Source of the DNA: an uncultured candidate division Zixibacteria bacterium
GTDB lineage: Bacteria > Zixibacteria > MSB-5A5 > UBA10806
Direction of reading: 5' to 3'
Assembly: GCA_963817915.1 (NCBI GenBank)
Contig: CAWFQL010000012.1
Location: 288,001 to 352,000, forward strand
DNA: 64,000 nucleotides
Position numbers and translations under genes: made by a program. The first letter of the stretch is position 1. Every line of letters begins with the position of its first letter. Positions 29,057 to 40,400 of the stretch are shown here, in pieces. The notes beneath the pieces are model-generated. The model searched no databases, was not told the DNA's origin, and saw nothing but the letters and a program-made list of their open reading frames with translations.

Positions 29057-29082
29057 AAGGGCCGCCCGGAAGAGCGGCCCTT
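29057..29082. terminator. Terminator hairpin between convergent genes
   Basis: AAGGGCCGC-N8-GCGGCCCTT with an A-run before and T-rich sequence after. Confidence 0.7.
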
Positions 29083-29148
29083 AGTCTTATCTACGAATCA
29101 TCATTTAGCTGACGCCCATCGGCTTCTGCAAACTGAAAAATCTATTCG

Positions 29149-30318
29149 CTATTCGGATCGTAGCGCCTCGATAATTTTCAGCCGAGAGGCGCGTACGGCC
29201 GGCAAAAATCCGCCTACAAGTCCCATCACTAAAGCGAATATCATTACAGAAATAATTATAGTGGGAGATAAGGCGAAATTAAACGCGATTTCCGAAAATG
29301 TATCAAAATTAATGGTCGAAATACTTATAACCTGCAAAAGAGAAGCGGCCAGCAATCCCAGGATTCCACCAGTGACAGCAATCACGACCGCCTCTATCAA
29401 AAAAGCGACTAATATACTGCGGCGGCGAAATCCCAATGCGCGCATGGTAGCAATCTCCTTAGTACGGTTAGCCACCGCGCCGTACATAGTAATCATGGCG
29501 CCAATTATCGCTCCTAAACTGAAGATAATGCTGATAGCATAGCCCAGCACTTTAATAAAGGTGGTCGTGGATTGTGTCTGCTGTTCGTAGTACTGATTTT
29601 CCGGTTTCATGTCAATTGTCATTCGGGGATCGACAATTACCCGGTCGCGCATCTGTGTAAATTGCGAGGGATCGCTCATTTTGAAAATTATTGATGAGAA
29701 TACCGGCCGATCCGCTGCCGCCATTACAAGGTTGACATCTCCCCAGATTTCTGATTCGATCGAAGAGCCATGAGCGTCAAAAATACCAACAACCGTCCAT
29801 GTCATATTGCCGAATGTCAATATCTCGCCCAGGCCGCATTGCTGAAATCTCTCCGAAGCCTTCCGTCCTACGATAACCTCTGTCTTTCCCTGTTCGGGCA
29901 TTCTGCCTTCAATCAATTTGACTCCTGTGCGGATCGCCATTGATTTTGGGCCGATTCCCCGCATGGTGACATTGGCCATTTTGTTCACTGCGCCGCGGCG
30001 GTCTTTATTTACAATTACAACGACCTCTCCTTCGACAAGCGCCTTGCCATCGCTGTCCATTGCGACCTCGGGAAGAGTCTTTATAATGCCGGCTTGTTCA
30101 CGGCTGACATAACTTGACATTTCATTTCCGGATGACTGACGAATAACAACTACGTTATCGGGACTACCTGATGACACCAGGGCATATTTCAACCCATAAG
30201 CCATCATCATAACACCGGCAAAAACAAATACGACAAGGGCGACGCCGCCAATTGTTAAAGCCGAAGTGAGTCTGCGGGCGAATAAATTCCTAACTGAGTA
30301 TTTCAATGGTATTTTCAT
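29149..30318 (-). CDS. ABC transporter permease (MacB/FtsX family)
   Basis: N-terminal TM helix, periplasmic domain, RTKEIATMRALGF, C-terminal PA.RA motif. Confidence 0.9.
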   Translation of the reverse strand: MKIPLKYSVRNLFARRLTSALTIGGVALVVFVFAGVMMMAYGLKYALVSSGSPDNVVVIRQSSGNEMSSYVSREQAGIIKTLPEVAMDSDGKALVEGEVVVIVNKDRRGAVNKMANVTMRGIGPKSMAIRTGVKLIEGRMPEQGKTEVIVGRKASERFQQCGLGEILTFGNMTWTVVGIFDAHGSSIESEIWGDVNLVMAAADRPVFSSIIFKMSDPSQFTQMRDRVIVDPRMTIDMKPENQYYEQQTQSTTTFIKVLGYAISIIFSLGAIIGAMITMYGAVANRTKEIATMRALGFRRRSILVAFLIEAVVIAVTGGILGLLAASLLQVISISTINFDTFSEIAFNFALSPTIIISVMIFALVMGLVGGFLPAVRASRLKIIEALRSE

Positions 30319-30321
30319 CTC

Positions 30322-31482
30322 TTACCCCACATTCCTTAGGCCATCGACAATTGTAGTCTTCAGTGTTCGATAAATAGGGAATAGCGCGGCAAGTAACCCG
30401 ACAATGCCCGAAAATACCAGCGAAAGGATGATTGTCAATATCCCCACATGAATTTGAGAAAAATATGTTTCCAGCATTTTCGCTATCGCTCCAGTTGTAA
30501 TAAAAGTCAAAAACACTCCCAAAATCCCGCCAAATGTAGCAATAGCCAGCGATTCACCTGTCACCAGGCCAACAAGGTGGAATGGTCTGAATCCCAAAGT
30601 CTTAAGTAGGGCAAATTCGCCGATTCGTTCCCGGGCGCTCATTATCATTGTATTGGCAAGGACCAAAAGAATAACACCTATGATCAGATAGCTAATTACT
30701 TTTAACCCTAAGATAATAGTATCAAAACCCGATATAAAACTTGCGCTAAATGCTTTTTCGGTTTCGGTTACAGTCTGCTGCGGCGAATTTTTAAAAAGCT
30801 GATCGACCGCCGCGCTAACTTCCGGGGCCATCTTGGGATCGTTAATTTCGATTACATACCATCCAGCCTGTCCGGCCCAACCCTCTGAAATTGTGCGAAC
30901 CTTATCGTCGAAATAATCCCAATTGAAATACATGGAATTCTCATCGACACCCGGCGCGTTGCCTCGATAAATAGCCTTTAAAACGAATTCCCATTGGCCT
31001 GGAAATATCTGGCTTGTCAAATGGATAACATCGCCAACTTTCCAGCCAAAGCGATCAACCAGTTTTTGCCCCGCCATGCAGCCATCTTTTTGATTGAGGA
31101 ACTGGTCTTTTTCGTCGGCCGGGATGATATATTCAGGATACATATCCCAGACCTCTTTCGGGCCTATCGCGTACTGAGCAAAGAAATTCTTTGGATCGTT
31201 GTTATAGATGCCGCCAAACCAGTTTGCATAAGCAACATTGCTGACACCTGTCACTTTAGCGATTTTGGCATCGTATGCAATAGGCAGCGGGAACGTAAAC
31301 GATACTGCATTACGGGTGATCAATCTTCTTGGAGATGCTACTTCAAGCTGCGCGTTCCAGGCTTCCAAAATCGTTCGAATCATGCCGAACGCTACTATCG
31401 CTATAGCCAAGCCCAGAATGGTAAGCATCGCACGAAGTTTATGCCGGGCAGTATTTCTAAGAATCAATCTTAAGACCCACAT
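30322..31482 (-). CDS. ABC transporter permease (MacB/FtsX family)
   Basis: RERIGEFALLKTLGF; same topology as its neighbour. Confidence 0.9.
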   Translation of the reverse strand: MWVLRLILRNTARHKLRAMLTILGLAIAIVAFGMIRTILEAWNAQLEVASPRRLITRNAVSFTFPLPIAYDAKIAKVTGVSNVAYANWFGGIYNNDPKNFFAQYAIGPKEVWDMYPEYIIPADEKDQFLNQKDGCMAGQKLVDRFGWKVGDVIHLTSQIFPGQWEFVLKAIYRGNAPGVDENSMYFNWDYFDDKVRTISEGWAGQAGWYVIEINDPKMAPEVSAAVDQLFKNSPQQTVTETEKAFSASFISGFDTIILGLKVISYLIIGVILLVLANTMIMSARERIGEFALLKTLGFRPFHLVGLVTGESLAIATFGGILGVFLTFITTGAIAKMLETYFSQIHVGILTIILSLVFSGIVGLLAALFPIYRTLKTTIVDGLRNVG

Positions 31483-31484
31483 AT

Positions 31485-32159
31485 TTATTTCAGCTCCCCT
31501 TTATCGAGATACATGCGAACATGGGCTTTGTCGGCGGCGCGGGGATCGTGTGTGACCATTATGATCGTTTTTTTAAATTCAGAATTGAGTCTCGATAGTA
31601 ATGTCATGATTTCTTCGGCTGAGGTCTTATCCAAATCGCCGGTCGGTTCATCGGCAAGAATCAATTTAGGATCTGTAACCAGGGCCCTTGCTATCGCCAC
31701 GCGTTGCTCCTGGCCACCTGACAATTGGCGGGGGTAATGCTTCATGCGATCTTCAAGGCCGACAACCTTGAGAGCGAATATTACATGTTCGTGGCGCTCT
31801 TTTCGAGTTAGCTTTGTGAGGAGCAGGGGCAATTCGACATTTTCATAGGCGGTTAATACGGGGATGAGGTTGTAGAATTGGAATATGAAGCCGATATGCC
31901 CCGCGCGCCATTTGGCCAGCGCGCTCTCATTCAATGAGCTGATTTTGACTCCGGCAACAGTAATATCGCCTGAAGTCGGTCGATCAAGCCCGGCAGTCAG
32001 GTTAAGCAATGTGGTCTTGCCCGAACCGGATGGCCCCATAAGGGCAAGAAATTCCCCTTCGGGGACTGATAAGTTAATATTCTGCAAAACCGGAATTTGA
32101 AGGCTATCACGGCGATAGGTTTTGCTGGCAAGATCGACTTTAACGATCGGTTCAGTCAT
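31485..32159 (-). CDS. ABC transporter ATP-binding protein (LolD/MacB type)
   Basis: GPSGSGKT, LSGGQEQR, LADEPTG, VTHD. Confidence 0.95.
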   Translation of the reverse strand: MTEPIVKVDLASKTYRRDSLQIPVLQNINLSVPEGEFLALMGPSGSGKTTLLNLTAGLDRPTSGDITVAGVKISSLNESALAKWRAGHIGFIFQFYNLIPVLTAYENVELPLLLTKLTRKERHEHVIFALKVVGLEDRMKHYPRQLSGGQEQRVAIARALVTDPKLILADEPTGDLDKTSAEEIMTLLSRLNSEFKKTIIMVTHDPRAADKAHVRMYLDKGELK

Positions 32160-32184
32160 ATAAACTCCTTATATAGAATCTTCC

Positions 32185-33381
32185 TTAAAGGGATAAATTT
32201 ACTTTATCCTTGGATTTTAGGTTTGAAGGCGGCGAAAGAATTACTTTTTGTCCGGCAACAATACCTCTCAGAATTTCAATCTGATCGCCTAATTGCCGTC
32301 CAATAGTGATTTCAACCAATTCAGCATGATTTTCTGCCATGATAAATACGACTTTTCTGTCATTGCGCATGACAACCGCCGAACTTGGCACCATTACTGA
32401 ATTTGATATCACCGGATCACTTTGGGTAGAGTCCGATTCCATAAAATTAACTCGGGCGCTCATTTCGGGCAATACCCTGCTATCTTTATCTGTAAAACCA
32501 ATTTTTGTAACAACAGTTGCGCGAGATCGATCAGCGGTTGGCACAATTTTTTTCACGAAACCCTGATAACGATTATCAGGATAAGCATCGAGAATAATTT
32601 CGCATTTTTGCCCAAGCAATACCCGCTGGATATTGGATTCAGCCACATCCGCCTCGACCTCAAGGGAATTCATGTCGGCTAATGATACGACTGATCCTTT
32701 GGAGCTTGCAGATGACGACATCGGGGCTACTATTTCGCCGACATCCGCGTATTTATTTAATACGGTGCCGTCGAATGGCGCGCGAATGAACGTATTTTCC
32801 AGATCTACTTCCGCCAATTTAACAGAAGCAATCGCGGATTTCACCTGTGCCAGCGATCCTTTATATCGTGCTTCGCTTATCTCGAAATCGGATTTTGTAA
32901 CAGCGCCGCTGGCCGAAAGCTGTCTCTGCCGGTTATAGTTGATTGAAGCCTCGGTGCTATCGGCCCGAGCTTGCTCCAGCATCGCCTGGGCATTGTCCAA
33001 AGCGGCCTGCATGTCACCATTCTCAACGCGGGCAATTACTTGCCCAGTTTTAACCGCATCACCTTCTTCGACGCCAAGAAATTCAAGCCGCCCGGTAGCC
33101 TTGGAAGCCACCTGAGCTTTGCGTGATGCAACAACATAACCCGTGGCGCTCAAAACCGATTGCGCCTGGCTCTGATTTAGCGCGGTTGCCGTGGCAGTGC
33201 GGACTTCAAGTACGGGCGATAGCCCTTTTAGAATTATCCATCCTATTACAATGCACGCAATTGGGATTATGACCCAGAGTGCAAGTTTAATAATCTTGCC
33301 CGTATTTACCGGGTCATTGCTGGACTGTCGATTAATCCGAAGATTTGAAAGATCGAGATTGTCGCTTTTCTGTTCCATCAT
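32185..33381 (-). CDS. Periplasmic adaptor (MacA/HlyD-type membrane fusion protein)
   Basis: N-terminal TM helix, lipoyl halves (V.EGD.VK.GQ; IRAPFDG), coiled hairpin. Confidence 0.9.
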   Translation of the reverse strand: MMEQKSDNLDLSNLRINRQSSNDPVNTGKIIKLALWVIIPIACIVIGWIILKGLSPVLEVRTATATALNQSQAQSVLSATGYVVASRKAQVASKATGRLEFLGVEEGDAVKTGQVIARVENGDMQAALDNAQAMLEQARADSTEASINYNRQRQLSASGAVTKSDFEISEARYKGSLAQVKSAIASVKLAEVDLENTFIRAPFDGTVLNKYADVGEIVAPMSSSASSKGSVVSLADMNSLEVEADVAESNIQRVLLGQKCEIILDAYPDNRYQGFVKKIVPTADRSRATVVTKIGFTDKDSRVLPEMSARVNFMESDSTQSDPVISNSVMVPSSAVVMRNDRKVVFIMAENHAELVEITIGRQLGDQIEILRGIVAGQKVILSPPSNLKSKDKVNLSL

Positions 33382-33421
33382 AATGTTGTAGTATACATCG
33401 TTTTTCCGAAAATGGTTTCAC

Positions 33422-35158
33422 TTATTTCTTAAATTTCCTTTTTAACGATATGGCTGTTGTTTTCCTGTAAATTTGCTTTTCGATGATGATCGATTTTTGA
33501 ATTTCTTTTTGTTTCGTCTTTTTCTCCACGAATATCTTATTTCCTGTGAATGGATCTTTTTCGGTATAGTACATTAATGCGGAGTATGTCGACGGTAGCG
33601 GAATAAATATCTGCACCTGTTCGGGATTTGTTTTCAATCGTTCCGATGTAAATGATTTCAGTTTTGTCATATCAAGTGCCGTGCATCCGGGATGCGCCGC
33701 TATCAGATAATATGTCAGAAATTGATTTTTGCCAGCTGTTTTCGAATATTTATAAAAAAGGTCATTGAATTTTAATAATGAATCATTTTTCGGTTTTCGC
33801 ATTAAGCGCAATATTTTTTCTTCAGTATGTTCCGGGGCTATTTTCATTTGGCCCGAGACATGATGTTCAGTCAGTTCCCTCAAATATTTTTCGCCGAAGT
33901 TTGAGTCATCAAGTACCATGTCATATCTGATTCCGGATGCGACAAATACTTTTTTGATTCCCGGGAGCTTTCTTATACTTTGTAAGAGCTGGATTTGCGG
34001 GTTATGATTGATATCTAATTTTGAGCAAACATCGGGGTACAGACATTGCTTATCCTTACAGGCCCCATATTTTGTTTTAATGTGGCATTCAAAACCGTAC
34101 ATGTTGGCAGTCGGTCCGCCAACATCAAGGATATACCCTTTGAAACCAGGCTTTTTTATGATTTTTTTTACTTCATCTATAATGGATTTTTGCGACCTCC
34201 AGACCACAGTTCGTCCCTGATGAACCGCGATCGAGCAAAAATTACATTCTCCATAACATCCTCGATGTGTGGTAATCGAGTTTTTGATCGTCTCCATAGC
34301 CTTGACCTGGCCCTGTTTTTTAAAGGCAGGGTGAACATCTCTTTCGAATTCCAAATAGTAAATTTCATCCAATTGAGTCATCGATATATTTGGGGTTGGC
34401 GGATTTTGGACAAGGTATCTGGTATCCTGCTTTTGGACCAGCCCCTTTGCGGTGATAGGGTCATTGTTTTGATAAAAGAGATCGAACATTTCAATGAACC
34501 GATTTTTGTCAATGGAGACTTGTTCAAAGGAGGGAAGCTCGATATACTCATCGGGCTTGACTGGCGAAATATAGCAGATACCTCGAAGATCATTGACAGG
34601 CAAATTGGATTTGAGCCGCTGTGCCAAATTTACAATTGACTCTTCGCCCATGCCGTAAATCAGGAAATCGGCTTTGGAATCGAACAAAATCGATTTGCGA
34701 ATTTTGTCCGACCAGTAATCGTAATGAGCAATACGCCTTAGACTGGCTTCAATCCCGCCGAGCACAATCGGTTTTGTGTTCTTGAAATATTTTCTAATCA
34801 GGTTGCTATAGGAGATTACCGCCCGATCAGGCCTGCGATTGTTGACTCCGCCGGGTGTCAGGTCATCATCATTGCGCCATTTCTTTGTCGCGGTATAGTT
34901 GGCCACCATTGAATCAATAGAACCGCCGGTTACCCCCCAAAACAACTTCGGCTCGCCGAATTTGCTGATATCGTCACGGGAGGCGCCATCTGGCTGGGCA
35001 ATAATCGCTACCTTAAAACCAGCATGAATTAGTATTTTTCCTATAATTGAAATCCCTATAAACGGGCTGTCAATATAGGCATCGCCTGTAATAAGGATAA
35101 CATCGGGCTTTTGCCATCCTAATTTATTAAGCTCTTCTTTTGTCGCCGGAATAAACAT
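33422..35158 (-). CDS. ygiQ: YgiQ-family (UPF0313) radical SAM protein
   Basis: TGDAYIDSP, GGIEASLRRIAHYDYW, RGCYGECNFC, GGPTANMY, APEH. Confidence 0.92.
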   Translation of the reverse strand: MFIPATKEELNKLGWQKPDVILITGDAYIDSPFIGISIIGKILIHAGFKVAIIAQPDGASRDDISKFGEPKLFWGVTGGSIDSMVANYTATKKWRNDDDLTPGGVNNRRPDRAVISYSNLIRKYFKNTKPIVLGGIEASLRRIAHYDYWSDKIRKSILFDSKADFLIYGMGEESIVNLAQRLKSNLPVNDLRGICYISPVKPDEYIELPSFEQVSIDKNRFIEMFDLFYQNNDPITAKGLVQKQDTRYLVQNPPTPNISMTQLDEIYYLEFERDVHPAFKKQGQVKAMETIKNSITTHRGCYGECNFCSIAVHQGRTVVWRSQKSIIDEVKKIIKKPGFKGYILDVGGPTANMYGFECHIKTKYGACKDKQCLYPDVCSKLDINHNPQIQLLQSIRKLPGIKKVFVASGIRYDMVLDDSNFGEKYLRELTEHHVSGQMKIAPEHTEEKILRLMRKPKNDSLLKFNDLFYKYSKTAGKNQFLTYYLIAAHPGCTALDMTKLKSFTSERLKTNPEQVQIFIPLPSTYSALMYYTEKDPFTGNKIFVEKKTKQKEIQKSIIIEKQIYRKTTAISLKRKFKK

Positions 35159-35379
35159 CTTTTAACTTACATACTCCAATAAAATACAATATCTACTTAA
35201 CTCCCTCATAGCTATGCGGAGTAATATAGCTAAAGGCGTCAGATATTACATAAGGAAATTGTCATTAATGATGAATAGTTCCCGCTGTTTCATAATGCAA
35301 CACCGGTTATCATTTTGTGATTCATATGCTTGCAAAATATCCGACATAATTACTAAGGCACTTTAACAAGGAGCGGATC

Positions 35380-36573
35380 ATGTTTGGAAGTTATAATGTT
35401 TTTAGCATTTTCAGTCAGATAAGAATTCGCAGCAATTATTTCATTAACGATAACTATTCTAATCCCGATACATCCAATTCACTTGCCGCTGCAAATACGC
35501 CTGCCGCTCCAGATAATTCTGTCGCGACAAATACTCAGCCCGCACCTGAAACCGCCCCAACAGATACAATTCAGCTTTCGAATACTAATCCTACTTTGCC
35601 TAAGACTACAACACCTGTTACCTATACGCCTACTCCCGAAGCAGTAAAATCCGCGACAACCGAACCCGTGCCCGCCGATAAAGATCAGCCCGTGGAAGAG
35701 CCCAAGCCCGAAAATCAGTTGGTTGACATGAAATCGATGGCCAAGATAAATCTCAAATTGTCATTTAATCTTAGCGATTTTCAAAGCCTGATCACCGCGG
35801 TCGCCGATGATGCCCAGGACGGTAAACTCGACGATATGTCATATACCAATTTGAATCTCGGTCTTCGCGCCAAACTCGACGCTAAGGCATCAATTAAAGA
35901 GACATATAAAGTCGCAGAGGGGCAAGAGGGTGTTGACGAATCTTCCACTGTAAAAGAAAAGACAAGATACAACAATCTCGAAGCTTCAATGGTAAAAAGC
36001 CGAGATTTTGAAGCCGCAACATTGTACCGCGAAAGCCTAAAGACAAGCTCCAAAATCAAGCAGACGTACCGCGATGGCTTCCTTCAAGTCGCCCGCAAAT
36101 TGAATATGCGATACAGCCAGGATTTCGGCCTTAATATGCGAACACTGAAGCAATTTAACGGTCAAGCGGAAGCCCTGGATCAGACCGGACAACTCCAGCC
36201 TTATCTCGGCACAACCGAAGCCCTTGTTGATTCTCCTCAGGCTTCAGGGGATTTGATAAATCAATTCTTCGATACCGTTGGGTCGTATCTTGATGGCGCT
36301 GAAGAAAAGCTTATTGAGAAGATTAACAGCTTTATCGATAGTCTGGCATCAGGGATGGGAGTCGATTCCAGCCTTCTGAATAGCGCTAAAGAATCAATGG
36401 TCTCCAGTATTACCAATTTCTTTGATAATGTCGACCAGGTGATCGGCGCCGTGAAGGCCAGCTATATTCCACTACAGCCTCAACCCGAAGTGATTGAACC
36501 TCCACAAAATACTGAACCGATTGCGACGACGCCTGAACTGGTTGGGACATCGGAAGCCGTGGCGACAGCATAA
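35380..36573 (+). CDS. Hypothetical protein with Pro/Thr/Ala-rich N-terminal region
   Basis: 397-aa ORF with AAGGAG RBS; no recognisable family motif. Confidence 0.75.
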   Translation: MFGSYNVFSIFSQIRIRSNYFINDNYSNPDTSNSLAAANTPAAPDNSVATNTQPAPETAPTDTIQLSNTNPTLPKTTTPVTYTPTPEAVKSATTEPVPADKDQPVEEPKPENQLVDMKSMAKINLKLSFNLSDFQSLITAVADDAQDGKLDDMSYTNLNLGLRAKLDAKASIKETYKVAEGQEGVDESSTVKEKTRYNNLEASMVKSRDFEAATLYRESLKTSSKIKQTYRDGFLQVARKLNMRYSQDFGLNMRTLKQFNGQAEALDQTGQLQPYLGTTEALVDSPQASGDLINQFFDTVGSYLDGAEEKLIEKINSFIDSLASGMGVDSSLLNSAKESMVSSITNFFDNVDQVIGAVKASYIPLQPQPEVIEPPQNTEPIATTPELVGTSEAVATA

Positions 36574-36634
36574 TACTTCGGCCATAGCTAAAATTAACTA
36601 TATCGTTTTGTATCTTAAATGCGGATATATTTTA

Positions 36635-37538
36635 TTATACCAATAATAGTATAGTGACGCCTAAAATTGCGATTAACGCTCCCAGGACAGCCCCTAGTGT
36701 AATTTTCTCCTTAAAAACCATATGCGCGATCGGAATTAGAAATATGGGTGTTAACGACATTAGCGTGGTCGCGATTCCGAGCTTGGAATATTTAATCGAT
36801 ATTAGCGACAGCCAAACCCCAGCGAAGGGCCCAAAGAACGCTCCAGCAGATAGCATCAACACTGCTTTTTTGTCGGTATAGCTTTTTAACGCCCCTTTAA
36901 GATTATTGCTGAAGATTGTAATCAATAAAATCAGCAACGCCGCGCATAATACCCTGATTACATTGCCGGATAATGCGCGGGAATCCACCTTCGAGTCCTT
37001 TCTTTGAAAGAGCCAGGCCTATTGTCTGGCCAAGCGCGCCCCCAAACGCAAATCCCAATCCCGCCGATAATCTCTTTTTATCTTTTGTATCCCCATTCTC
37101 TTTTCTTTTATCTGAGACTACCCATGCTATTCCTGCGATCGTAATAATTATGGCCGCGATTTCCAGGGACTTCAATGATTCACCGAGAAATATCCATCCC
37201 AAAAGCGCGCTCAAAATCGGAACCAGAGCCATTATCAGCATTGAAAGACGCGGCCCGATGAGCACGAACGCCTCGAACAACATGCCATCCCCCGCGACAA
37301 AGCCGATGATTCCTGAAAGTCCAAGCCATCCCCATTGTTGGGGCGATGCGTCCAACGGCAATAGATTCCCGTATATGAAAAAATGCGCGACGGTGAGAAG
37401 TATCAGGGCTACAATCAGACGCGCTCGATTGACATTGGCCGATCCAATGCGCGAGCCGCTCAACGTAAAAAATACCGATCCAAATGACCAGCAAAGAGCA
37501 GTCGTTAAGGCGGCTATCTCGCCATAAAAAGAGTTCAC
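36635..37538 (-). CDS. EamA/DMT-family transporter; one frameshift near 36975-36985
   Basis: Two hydrophobic halves (GEIAAL.TA.CW, LSGIIG, LGE.L; GAFFGPFAG, KEKIT) joining as GGF-PALSGNVIR. Confidence 0.85.
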
Positions 37539-37660
37539 TTTTGGCCTACAATTATTTTTCGAATTGCTGAACGAACTTGGCGCACTCTAATCATTCGCGC
37601 AAGATAGGCAAACGCCATAATATTGCCAAATTGAAAATACGAGCGAATAATCACTAACGA

Positions 37661-39332
37661 TTATTTAAACAGCGGTGGATGCTCCTTATGAAAATCTGTC
37701 GCATCCTGATATTTTTTTGCCACTGCCAGCACCATCGCCTCCTGATACAATCGCCCGATGAATGTAATACTGGTAGGATCTCCTGTCTTGTCGAAACCGG
37801 TGGGCAATACCACGCAAGGGTGGCCGCTGAGATTGGTCAATAGAAGATTATCTCCCTCGAACGACGGTGAAATATAGACATCGACAGTATTCATCAAGGA
37901 ATCCATCTTATCGATTAAAATTGTTCGGAGTCGATTCGCCTGGATATACTCTACCGCAGGAATAAATCGTGATGCCCGGAATACATTGGGCCAGGCGTCC
38001 TTTACTTGCCGAACCATCAAATCGTCACGTCCTGATCGTGTCAGTTCGTCAAAAGCCGCGCCGGCTTCAGCCGAAAGTATTATTTGCATCGGATTGATTG
38101 GGAGTTTTGGCAATTCAATTTCAATTAAATTCGCTCCCAACTCCCGCATTTTCGCCAACGCGGCGTTATTTTGTTCTTTAAACGAGGTATCTGATTCAAA
38201 ATCCTTTTTGAGATACCCGATTCTGATCGTCGAAAGATCGATATCAGGCTTGTAGTTGAATGACGCATTAACCAGGGTCTTGTCCAGACCATCGATGCCG
38301 CGAATAGCATCGAATACGATCGCGCAATCCTCTACAGTTCGGCATATCGGTCCGATTTTGTCCATCGACCAACTCAATGCCATCGCGCCCGTACGGCTGA
38401 CCCGACCGTAGGTAGGGCGAAGGCCTGTGTCGCCGCATCGAGTGGATGGTGAAACTATAGAACCCCAGGTCTCTGTACCTATAGCGAATGCCACCAGGCC
38501 AGCTGATACTGCCGCAGCCGGGCCCGCCGATGAACCGCTCGACCCTTCCTTGGGATTCCATGGATTCCGAGTGGTATCCATAGTCCAGACATCGCCCCAG
38601 GCGAGCTCACCAAGCGAAAGCTTGGCGACAAGAACAGCCCCAGCCTCATTAAGCTTTTTGAATACCGTTGCGTCCTGATCGATTATTTGGTCTTTATAAG
38701 GCGGCGAGCCCCAGGTTGTTTTGTATCCTTTGACTGCCAGAAGGTCCTTGACACCATATGGAATGCCATGAAGAGGCCCGCGATATCTACCGGATGCTAT
38801 CTCGCTATCAGCCTTAACCGCCTGCCTTAGTGCCAGGTCTTCTGTCAACGTTACTACGCAGTGGAGCTTTGGGTCATACTTTTTAAGACGGTCCAAAAAT
38901 AGTTTTGTTAGTTTGGTCGATGTAATCTTTTTTGTTCGAATTAACTCAGCGAGATCCCCAACAGAATAGTACGCCAATTCTTGTAGATTCTTTGGAAGAG
39001 TCACATTGCCCGGTTTGCTGTAAATGATTGGATGCTGAAGCGTATCGAGCTTCATGCCCAAGGGGAATAGGATTAAATTGTAGTGCGGGCGGAATCCAAT
39101 TTTCGATATTTACGGTTCTCAATTCTCGATATAATTTCAGCTGATCCGTTAGCCCATCGAGCATGGAATCTTTTTCGGAATTCGAGAAATCCAATCCGAT
39201 CAGCTTCTCAGCATTGCTGACATTCTCGATTTTAGCTTTAGCGCTATCCAGTTGGGCATTCGTCGCAATACTCAAAAAAAGAACGCAAAGAAAAGCCAAC
39301 ATTACTTTTCTAATAAGCTTCATTCTTGACAT
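37661..39332 (-). CDS. Secreted amidase-signature family enzyme; one frameshift in a G/C run at 39062-39065
   Basis: GVKDL, SGSSAG, GTETWGSI; upstream piece with signal peptide and AGGAGG RBS joins as NPIP-LGMKL. Confidence 0.88.
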
Positions 39333-39536
39333 GATTGTCCTCCTATGGAAATTCGAAATCTCTCAGGGCCGCAACTATTAATGTTCAATATCGCCATGCA
39401 AATTCCATGATGTTTAACCATTCGGCCATGATAATTAAAGATATATCGGCCAATCTGTTTCTGTCAATCAAATAGCTATCATAGTTAGGGGAATTCAGCA
39501 TTATACTATCATTTTAATGGAAATAAAAGGAACAAT

Positions 39537-39555
39537 GATAATGATAATCATAGTT
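39537..39555. promoter_or_regulatory. Fur-family box
   Basis: GATAATGATAATCATAGTT matches 16/19 of GATAATGATAATCATTATC. Confidence 0.55.
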
Positions 39556-39662
39556 AAAATTGATGAAGGGTGGTTATTTGGAAATCTAAATTAATTTTAA
39601 CAGACTTGATTTTACGATGAATACGATAAACCGCAGCAAAATCAATCAAAAGGAGAAACGCT

Positions 39663-40289
39663 ATGAAAAAGCGCGAAAGGATGACCTGGATCGTTGCCAT
39701 TACCTCATGTCTCGTAATGTTTTTATCATCAATGGCATATTCATTCGAGTTCGAGGTGGAGATGGACAACTTTGTTTTTCTGCCCCATGGAACTAGAATT
39801 CATATCGGCGACATGATCACCTGGAGAAATCGGGATGTCGCGCAGCACAGCGCTACCAGCGATAGCGGTGTCTGGGATTCGGGGCTTCTTGCCAGGGGAC
39901 AGACATTCTCGTACACATTTACTACTTCTGGCGCTTATCCTTATCATTGCTCGCTGCATACTTCGATGAAAGACACGATTTTCGTAGCGACGCCTACGGG
40001 TGTCGATGAATCTAATCTAACGCCCGCTAAATTTGAGTTAGCTCAAAATTACCCCAACCCATTTAACGCCCAAACCACAATTCAATACAATGTGCCTATA
40101 GGGTCTCATGTCTCATTGGAAATCTATAATATCCTCGGACAAAATGTCGCGAGCCTCGTTGATGATTTTCGCTCAGCCGGCCGTTATCAGACAATCTGGA
40201 ACGCATCCAACGTCCCATCGGGGATATATTTCTATAGGATTCACGCCGGAGCTTTGACCGAGACGAAGAAAATGTCATTCCTAAAATAG
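39663..40289 (+). CDS. Cupredoxin (plastocyanin/amicyanin-like) with T9SS-type C-terminal domain
   Basis: H..YHCSLHTSM type-1 copper ligands; QNYPNPFN..IYNILGQ..SGIYFY..KKM.FLK; signal peptide. Confidence 0.88.
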   Translation: MKKRERMTWIVAITSCLVMFLSSMAYSFEFEVEMDNFVFLPHGTRIHIGDMITWRNRDVAQHSATSDSGVWDSGLLARGQTFSYTFTTSGAYPYHCSLHTSMKDTIFVATPTGVDESNLTPAKFELAQNYPNPFNAQTTIQYNVPIGSHVSLEIYNILGQNVASLVDDFRSAGRYQTIWNASNVPSGIYFYRIHAGALTETKKMSFLK

Positions 40290-40300
40290 CGAATGGTTTA

Positions 40301-40352
40301 CCTGCGGAGGGAAGTGTGATGAAATTCACGCTATTCCCTTCGCAGGCTTTTT
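40301..40352 (+). terminator. Long-stem intrinsic terminator
   Basis: CCTGCGGAGGGAA...TTCCCTTCGCAGG followed by CTTTTT. Confidence 0.75.
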
Positions 40353-40400
40353 ATCTATGTATTTTAAAGCGAAAAATACAGATGATTAAGGAGATTAATT

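Noticed and set aside
40315..40330. CRP/Rex-like site TGTGA-N6-TCACG
   Set aside because: It forms the top of a long terminator hairpin, which explains the symmetry.
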